This document shows, in pieces, positions 54,501-64,000 of a stretch of DNA of 64,000 nucleotides. The number at the start of each line of letters is the position of its first letter. Position 1 is the first letter of the stretch. A program made the position numbers and the translations under genes. Source of the DNA: Eledone cirrhosa. Lineage: Eukaryota. The notes under the pieces are model-generated. The model did no database searches, had not been told where the DNA came from, and worked only from the letters and a program-made list of their open reading frames with translations. The stretch covers positions 414,842,001 through 414,906,000 of the forward strand of contig OZ024741.1 in the NCBI GenBank assembly GCA_964016885.1, in the 5' to 3' direction.

Positions 54501-57500
54501 CTGGTACACAACATAGGTTTCTTACATAATATAGTGTAGTTTAGTAGAATAAGCTGGTACCGGGACACAACATAGGTTTCTTACATAATATAGTGAGGTT
54601 TAGTAGAATAAGCTGGTACTAGAACACAACATAGGCTTCCCACATAATATAGTGTAGTTTAGTAGAATAAGTTGGTACTTGAACACAACATAGGTTTCTT
54701 ACATAATATAGTGTAGTTTAGTAGAATAAGCTGGTACTGGGACACAACATAGGTTTCTTACATAATATAGTGTAGTTTAGTAGAATAAGCTGGTACTGGT
54801 ACACAACATAGGTTTCTTACATAATATAGTGTAGTTTAGTAGAATAAGCTGGTACCGAGACACAACATAGGTTTCTTACATAATATAGTGTGGTTTAGTA
54901 GAATAAGCTGGGACTGGGACACAACATAGGTTTCTTACATAATATAGTGTGGTTTAGTAGAATAAGCTGGGACTGGGACACAACATAGGTTTCTTACATA
55001 ATATAGTGAGGTTTAGTAGAATAAGCTGGTACTAGAACACAACATAGGTTTCTTACATAATATAGTGTAGTTTAGTAGAATAAGATGGTACTAGAACACA
55101 ACATAGGTTTGTTACATAATATAGTGAGGTTTAGTAGAATAAGCTGGTACTGGTACACAACATAGGTTTCTTACATAATATAGTGTAGTTTAGTAGAATA
55201 AGCTGGTACTGGGACACAACATAGGTTTCTTACATAATATAGTGTAGATTAGTAGAATAAGCTGGTACTGGTACACAACATAGGTTTCTTACATACTATA
55301 GTGTAGTTTAGTAGAATAAGCTGGGACTAGGACACAACATAGGTTTCTTACATAATATAGTGTAGTTTAGTAGAATAAGCTGGTACTGGTACACAACATA
55401 GGTTTCTTACATAATATAGTGTGGTTTAGTAGAATAAGCTGGTACTGGGACACAACATAGGTTTCTTACATAATATAGTGAGGTTTAGTAGAATAAGCTG
55501 GTACTAGAACACAACATAGGTTTCTTACATAATATAGTGTGGTTTAGTAGAATAAGCTGGGACTGGGACACAACATAGGTTTCTTACATAATATAGTGTA
55601 GTTTAGTAGAATAAGCTGCTACTAGAACACAACATAGGTTTCTTACATAATATAGTGTAGTTTAGTAGAATAAGCTGGTACTGGGACACAACATAGGTTT
55701 CTTACATAATATAGTGTAGTTTAGTAGAATAAGCTGCTACTAGAACACAACATAGGTTTCTTACATAATATAGTGTAGTTTAGTAGAATAAGCTGGTACT
55801 AGAACACAACATAGGTTTCTTACATAATATAGTGTGGTTTAGTAGAATAAGCTGGTACTGGGACACAACATAGGTTTCTTACATAACATAGTGTAGTTTA
55901 GTAGAATAAGCTGGTACTGGGACACAACATAGGTTTCTTACATAATATAGTGTAGTTTAGTAGAATAAGCTGGTACTGGGACACAACATAGGTTTCTTAC
56001 ATAATATAGTGAGATTTAGTAGAATAAGCTGCTACTGGGACACAACATAGGTTTCTTACATAATATAGTGTAGTTTAGTAGAATAAGCTGGTACTGGGAC
56101 ACAACATAGGTTTCTTACATAATATAGTGAGATTTAGTAGAATAAGCTGCTACTGGGACACAACATAGGTTTCTTACATAATATAGTGTAGTTTAGTAGA
56201 ATAAGCTGGTACTGGGACACAACATAGGTTTCTTACATAATATAGTGTAGTTTAGTAGAATAAGCTGGTACTAGAACACAACATAGGTTTCTCACATAAT
56301 ATAGCGTAGTTTAGTAGAATAAGTTGGTACTTGAACACAACATAGGTTTCTTACATAATATAGTGTAGTTTAGTAGAATAAGCTGGTACTGGGACACAAC
56401 ATAGGTTTCTTACATAATATAGTGTAGTTTAGTAGAATAAGCTGGTACTGGGACACAACATAGGTTTCTTACATAATATAGTGTAGTTTAGTAGAATAAG
56501 CTGGTACTAGAACACAACATAGGTTTCTCACATAATATAGCATAGTTTAGTAGAATAAGTTGGTACTTGAACACAACATAGGTTTTTTACATAATATAGT
56601 GTAGTTTAGTAGAATAAGCTGGTACTGGGACACAACATAGGTTTCTTACATAATATAGTGTAGTTTAGTAGAATAAGCTGGTACTGGTACACAACATAGG
56701 TTTCTTACATAATATAGTGTAGTTTAGTAGAATAAGCTGGTACCGGGACACAACATAGGTTTCTTACATAATATAGTGAGGTTTAGTAGAATAAGCTGGT
56801 ACTAGAACACAACATAGGCTTCCCACATAATATAGTGTAGTTTAGTAGAATAAGTTGGTACTTGAACACAACATAGGTTTCTTACATAATATAGTGTAGT
56901 TTAGTAGAATAAGCTGGTACTGGGACACAACATAGGTTTCTTACATAATATAGTGTAGTTTAGTAGAATAAGCTGGTACTGGTACACAACATAGGTTTCT
57001 TACATAATATAGTGTAGTTTAGTAGAATAAGCTGGTACCGAGACACAACATAGGTTTCTTACATAATATAGTGTGGTTTAGTAGAATAAGCTGGGACTGG
57101 GACACAACATAGGTTTCTTACATAATATAGTGTGGTTTAGTAGAATAAGCTGGGACTGGGACACAACATAGGTTTCTTACATAATATAGTGAGATTTAGT
57201 AGAATAAGCTGCTACTGGGACACAACATAGGTTTCTTACATAATATAGTGTAGTTTAGTAGAATAAGCTGGTACTGGGACACAACATAGGTTTCTTACAT
57301 AATATAGTGAGATTTAGTAGAATAAGCTGCTACTGGGACACAACATAGGTTTCTTACATAATATAGTGTAGTTTAGTAGAATAAGCTGGTACTGGGACAC
57401 AACATAGGTTTCTTACATAATATAGTGTAGTTTAGTAGAATAAGCTGGTACTAGAACACAACATAGGTTTCTCACATAATATAGCGTAGTTTAGTAGAAT

Positions 57501-60500
57501 AAGTTGGTACTTGAACACAACATAGGTTTCTTACATAATATAGTGTAGTTTAGTAGAATAAGCTGGTACTGGGACACAACATAGGTTTCTTACATAATAT
57601 AGTGTAGTTTAGTAGAATAAGCTGGTACTGGTACACAACATAGGTTTCTTACATAATATAGTGTAGTTTAGTAGAATAAGCTGGTACCGGGACACAACAT
57701 AGGTTTCTTACATAATATAGTGAGGTTTAGTAGAATAAGCTGGTACTAGAACACAACATAGGCTTCCCACATAATATAGTGTAGTTTAGTAGAATAAGTT
57801 GGTACTTGAACACAACATAGGTTTCTTACATAATATAGTGTAGTTTAGTAGAATAAGCTGGTACCGGGACACAACATAGGTTTCTTACATAATATAGTGA
57901 GGTTTAGTAGAATAAGCTGGTACTAGAACAGAACATAGGCTTCCCACATAATATAGTGTAGTTTAGTAGAATAAGTTGGTACTTGAACACAACATAGGTT
58001 TCTTACATAATATAGTGTAGTTTAGTAGAATAAGCTGGTACTGGGACACAACTTAGGTTTCTTACATAATATAGTGTAGTTTAGTAGAAAAAGCTGGTAC
58101 TGGTACACAACATAGGTTTCTTACATAATATAGTGTAGTTTAGTAGAATAAGCTGGTACTGGGACACAACATAGGTTTCTTACATAATATAGTGTAGTTT
58201 AGTAGAATAAGCTGGGACTGGGACACAACATAGTTTTCTTACATAATATACTGTAGTTTAGTAGAATAAGCTGGTACTGGGACACAACATAGGTTTCTTA
58301 CATAATATAGTGTAGTTTAGTAGAATAAGCTGCTACTAGAACACAACATAGGTTTCTTACATAATATAGTGAGATTTAGTAGAATAAGCTGGTACTGGGA
58401 CACAACATAGGTTTCTTACATAATATAGTGAGATTTAGTAGAATAAGCTGGTACTGGGACACAACATAGGTTTCTTACATAATATAGTGTAGTTTAGTAG
58501 AATAAGCTGGTACTGGGACACAACATAGGTTTCTTACATAATATAGTGAGATTTAGTAGAATAAGCTGGTACTAGAACACAACATAGGTTTCTTACATAA
58601 TATAGTGAGATTTAGTAGAATAAGCTGGTACTGGGACACAACATAGGTTTCTTACATAATATAGTGTAGTTTAGTAGAATAAGCTGGTACTGGGACACAA
58701 CATAGGTTTCTTACATAATATAGTGAGGTTTAGTAGAATAAGCTGGTACTGGTACACAACATAGGTTTCTTACATAATATAGTGTGGTTTAGTAGAATAA
58801 GCTGGGACTGGGACACAACATAGGTTTCTTACATAATATAGTGTAGTTTAGTAGAATAAGCTGGTACTGGGACACAACATAGGTTTCTTACATAATATAG
58901 TGAGGTTTAGTAGAATAAGCTGGTACTAGAACACAACATAGGTTTCTTACATAATATAGTGTGGTTTAGTAGAATAAGCTGGGACTGGGACACAACATAG
59001 GTTTCTTACATAATATAGTGTAGTTTAGTAGAATAAGCTGCTACTAGAACACAACATAGGTTTCTTACATAATATAGTGTAGTTTAGTAGAATAAGCTGG
59101 TACTGGGACACAACATAGGTTTCTTACATAATATAGTGTAGTTTAGTAGAATAAGCTGGTACTAGAACACAACATAGGTTTCTTACATAATATAGTGTAG
59201 TTTAGTAGAATAAGCTGGTACTGGGACACAAAATAGGTTTCTTACATAATATAGTGTAGTTTAGTAGAATAAGCTGCTACTAGAACACAACATAGGTTTC
59301 TTACATAATATAGTGTCGTTTAGTAGAATAAGCTGGTACTGGGACACAACATAGGTTTCTTACATAATATAGTGTAGTTTAGTAGAATAAGCTGCTACTA
59401 GAACACAACATAGGTTTCTTACATAATATAGTGTAGTTTAGTAGAATAAGCTGGTACTAGAACACAACATAGGTTTCTTACATAATATAGTGTAGTTTAG
59501 TAGAATAAGCTGGTACTGGGACACAACATAGGTTTCTTACATAATATAGTGTAGTTTAGAAGAATAAGCTGGTACTGGGACACAACATAGGTTTCTTACA
59601 TAATATGGTGTAGTTTAGTAGAATAAGCTGGTACTGGGACACAACATAGGTTTCTTACATAATATAGTGTAGTTTAGTAGAATAAGCTGGTACTAGAACA
59701 CAACATAGGTTTCTCACATAATATAGCGTAGTTTAGTAGAATAAGTTGGTACTTGAACACAACATAGGTTTCTTACATAATATAGTGTAGTTTAGTAGAA
59801 TAAGCTGGTACTGGGACACAACATAGGTTTCTTACATAATATAGTGTAGTTTAGTAGAATAAGCTGGTACTGGGACACAACATAGGTTTCTTACATAATA
59901 TAGTGTAGTTTAGTAGAATAAGCTGGTACTAGAACACAACATAGGTTTCTCACATAATATAGCATAGTTTAGTAGAATAAGTTGGTACTTGAACACAACA
60001 TAGGTTTCTTACATAATATAGTGTAGTTTAGTAGAATAAGCTGGTACTGGGACACAACATAGGTTTCTTACATAATATAGTGTAGTTTAGTAGAATAAGC
60101 TGGTACTGGTACACAACATAGGTTTCTTACATAATATAGTGTAGTTTAGTAGAATAAGCTGGTACCGGGACACAACATAGGTTTCTTACATAATATAGTG
60201 AGGTTTAGTAGAATAAGCTGGTACTAGAACACAACATAGGCTTCCCACATAATATAGTGTAGTTTAGTAGAATAAGTTGGTACTTGAACACAACATAGGT
60301 TTCTTACATAATATAGTGTAGTTTAGTAGAATAAGCTGGTACTGGGACACAACATAGGTTTCTTACATAATATAGTGTAGTTTAGTAGAATAAGCTGGTA
60401 CTGGTACACAACATAGGTTTCTTACATAATATAGTGTAGTTTAGTAGAATAAGCTGGTACCGAGACACAACATAGGTTTCTTACATAATATAGTGTGGTT

Positions 60501-63500
60501 TAGTAGAATAAGCTGGGACTGGGACACAACATAGGTTTCTTACATAATATAGTGTGGTTTAGTAGAATAAGCTGGGACTGGGACACAACATAGGTTTCTT
60601 ACATAATATAGTGAGGTTTAGTAGAATAAGCTGGTACTAGAACACAACATAGGTTTCTTACATAATATAGTGTAGTTTAGTAGAATAAGATGGTACTAGA
60701 ACACAACATAGGTTTGTTACATAATATAGTGAGGTTTAGTAGAATAAGCTGGTACTGGTACACAACATAGGTTTCTTACATAATATAGTGTAGTTTAGTA
60801 GAATAAGCTGGTACTGGGACACAACATAGGTTTCTTACATAATATAGTGTAGATTAGTAGAATAAGCTGGTACTGGTACACAACATAGGTTTCTTACATA
60901 CTATAGTGTAGTTTAGTAGAATAAGCTGGGACTAGGACACAACATAGGTTTCTTACATAATATAGTGTAGTTTAGTAGAATAAGCTGGTACTGGTACACA
61001 ACATAGGTTTCTTACATAATATAGTGTGGTTTAGTAGAATAAGCTGGTACTGGGACACAACATAGGTTTCTCACATAATATAGTGTAGTTTAGTAGAATA
61101 AGCTGGGACTGGGACACAACATAGGTTTCTTACATAATATAGTGTAGTTTAGTAGAATAAGTTGGTACTAGAACACAACATAGGTTTCTTACATAATATC
61201 GTGTAGTTTAGTAGAATAAGCTGGGACTGGGACACAACATAGGTTTCTCACATAATATAGTGTAGTTTAGTAGAATAAGCTGGGACTGGGACACAACATA
61301 GGTTTCTTACATAATATAGTGTAGTTTAGTAGAATAAGCTGGTACTGGGACACAACATAGGTTTCTTACATAATATAGTGTAGTTTAGTAGAATAAGCTG
61401 CTACTAGAACACAACATAGGTTTCTTACATAATATAGTGTAGTTTAGGAGAATAAGCTGGTACTGGGACACAACATAGGTTTCTCACATAATATAGTGTA
61501 GTTTAGTAGAATAAGTTGGTACTAGAACACAACATAGGTTTCTTACATAATATCGTGTAGTTTAGTAGAATAAGCTGGGACTGGGACACAACATAGGTTT
61601 CTTACATAATATAGTGTAGTTTAGTAGAATAAGCTGGTACTAGAACACAACATAGGTTTCTCACATAATATAGTGTAGTTTAGTAGAATAAGTTGGTACT
61701 AGAACACAACATAGGTTTCTTACATAATATAGTGTAGTTTAGTAGAATAAGCTGGTACTGGGACACAACATAGGTTTCTTACATAATATAGTGTAGTTTA
61801 GTAGAATAAGCTGGTACTGCGACACAACATAGGTTTCTTACATAATATAGTGTAGTTTAGTAGAATAAGATGGTACTGGGACACAACATAGGTTTCTTAC
61901 ATAATATAGTGTGGTTTAGTAGAATAAGCTGGTACTGGTACACAACATAGATTTCTTACATAATATAGTGTAGTTTAGTAGAATAAGCTGGGACTGGGAC
62001 ACAACATAGGTTTCTTACATAATATAGTGTAGTTTAGTAGAATAAGCTGGTACTGGGACACAACATAGGTTTCTTACATAATATAGTGTAGTTTAGTAGA
62101 ATAAGCTGGTACTGGGACACAAAATAGGTTTCTTACATAATATAGTGTAGTTTAGTAGAATAAGCTGCTACTAGAACACAACATAGGTTTCTTACATAAT
62201 ATAGTGTAGTTTAGTAGAATAAGCTGGTACTGGGACACAAAATAGGTTTCTTACATAATATAGTGTAGTTTAGTAGAATAAGCTGGTACTAGAACACAAC
62301 ATAGGTTTCTTACATAATATAGTGTAGTTTAGTAGAATAAGCTGGTACTGGGACACAAAATAGGTTTCTTACATAATATAGTGTAGTTTAGTAGAATAAG
62401 CTGCTACTAGAACACAACATAGGTTTCTTACATAATATAGTGTCGTTTAGTAGAATAAGCTGGTACTGGGACACAACATAGGTTTCTTACATAATATAGT
62501 GTAGTTTAGTAGAATAAGCTGCTACTAGAACACAACATAGGTTTCTTACATAATATAGTGTAGTTTAGTAGAATAAGCTGGTACTAGAACACAACATAGG
62601 TTTCTTACATAATATAGTGTAGTTTAGTAGAATAAGCTGCTACTAGAACACAACATAGGTTTCTTACATAATATAGTGTAGTTTAGTAGAATAAGCTGGT
62701 ACTAGAACACAACATAGGTTTCTTACATAATATAGTGTAGTTTAGTAGAATAAGCTGGTACTGGGACACAACATAGGTTTCTTACATAATATAGTGTAGT
62801 TTAGAAGAATAAGCTGGTACTGGGACACAACATAGGTTTCTTACATAATATGGTGTAGTTTAGTAGAATAAGCTGGTACTGGGACACAACATAGGTTTCT
62901 TACATAATATAGTGTAGTTTAGTAGAATAAGCTGGTACTAGAACACAACATAGGTTTCTCACATAATATAGCGTAGTTTAGTAGAATAAGTTGGTACTTG
63001 AACACAACATAGGTTTCTTACATAATATAGTGTAGTTTAGTAGAATAAGCTGGTACTGGGACACAACATAGGTTTCTTACATAATATAGTGTAGTTTAGT
63101 AGAATAAGCTGGTACTGGGACACAACATAGGTTTCTTACATAATATAGTGTAGTTTAGTAGAATAAGCTGGTACTAGAACACAACATAGGTTTCTCACAT
63201 AATATAGCATAGTTTAGTAGAATAAGTTGGTACTTGAACACAACATAGGTTTCTTACATAATATAGTGTAGTTTAGTAGAATAAGCTGGTACTGGGACAC
63301 AACATAGGTTTCTTACATAATATAGTGTAGTTTAGTAGAATAAGCTGGTACTGGTACACAACATAGGTTTCTTACATAATATAGTGTAGTTTAGTAGAAT
63401 AAGCTGGTACCGGGACACAACATAGGTTTCTTACATAATATAGTGAGGTTTAGTAGAATAAGCTGGTACTAGAACACAACATAGGCTTCCCACATAATAT

Positions 63501-64000
63501 AGTGTAGTTTAGTAGAATAAGTTGGTACTTGAACACAACATAGGTTTCTTACATAATATAGTGTAGTTTAGTAGAATAAGCTGGTACTGGGACACAACAT
63601 AGGTTTCTTACATAATATAGTGTAGTTTAGTAGAATAAGCTGGTACTGGTACACAACATAGGTTTCTTACATAATATAGTGTAGTTTAGTAGAATAAGCT
63701 GGTACCGAGACACAACATAGGTTTCTTACATAATATAGTGTGGTTTAGTAGAATAAGCTGGGACTGGGACACAACATAGGTTTCTTACATAATATAGTGT
63801 GGTTTAGTAGAATAAGCTGGGACTGGGACACAACATAGGTTTCTTACATAATATAGTGAGGTTTAGTAGAATAAGCTGGTACTAGAACACAACATAGGTT
63901 TCTTACATAATATAGTGTAGTTTAGTAGAATAAGATGGTACTAGAACACAACATAGGTTTGTTACATAATATAGTGAGGTTTAGTAGAATAAGCTGGTAC
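15588..64000. repeat. 59-bp satellite DNA array, about 820 copies, runs off the window end
   Basis: Consensus ATAGTGTAGTTTAGTAGAATAAGCTGGTACTGGGACACAACATAGGTTTCTTACATAAT. Unit starts at 15591, 50401 (+590x59) and 63971 (+820x59). No ORF is reported in this region by the supplied track. Confidence 0.99.

Noticed and set aside
15588-64000. CRISPR-like array
   Set aside because: No unique spacers: monomers are contiguous and differ only by point variants. No cas genes, and the context is eukaryotic.
15588-64000. Ribozyme or coding repeat in the satellite monomer
   Set aside because: No CUGANGA box on either strand of the consensus, and the ORF track reports no ORF here.

Overview
Eukaryotic, gene-free repeat landscape. 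The (TA)/(CA)/(TACA) microsatellites, the tRNA-type SINE and the RTE LINEs with (GAT)n tails resemble octopod cephalopod DNA (inference). Bases 1-15.6 kb are a mosaic of: a 5'-truncated, stop-disrupted RTE-type LINE with a PHD-like finger inside ORF2 (1469-4450, minus); fragments of a second RTE family; tRNA-derived SINE relics; a non-autonomous Helitron (6075-6953) whose exact ends are confirmed by an empty-site copy inside the window; and at least three unrelated short non-coding element families. Each of those three carries a minimal type I hammerhead ribozyme motif (six complete motifs and one half motif in total), abuts a (TA)n tract, and in two families forms a foldback inverted repeat. 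This is Penelope-like/retrozyme-like architecture with no protein-coding partner in the window. From about 15588 to the window end lies a homogeneous 59-bp satellite of about 820 copies with no net indel, irregular higher-order duplications and a positional turnover of variants. No host protein-coding gene is supported.
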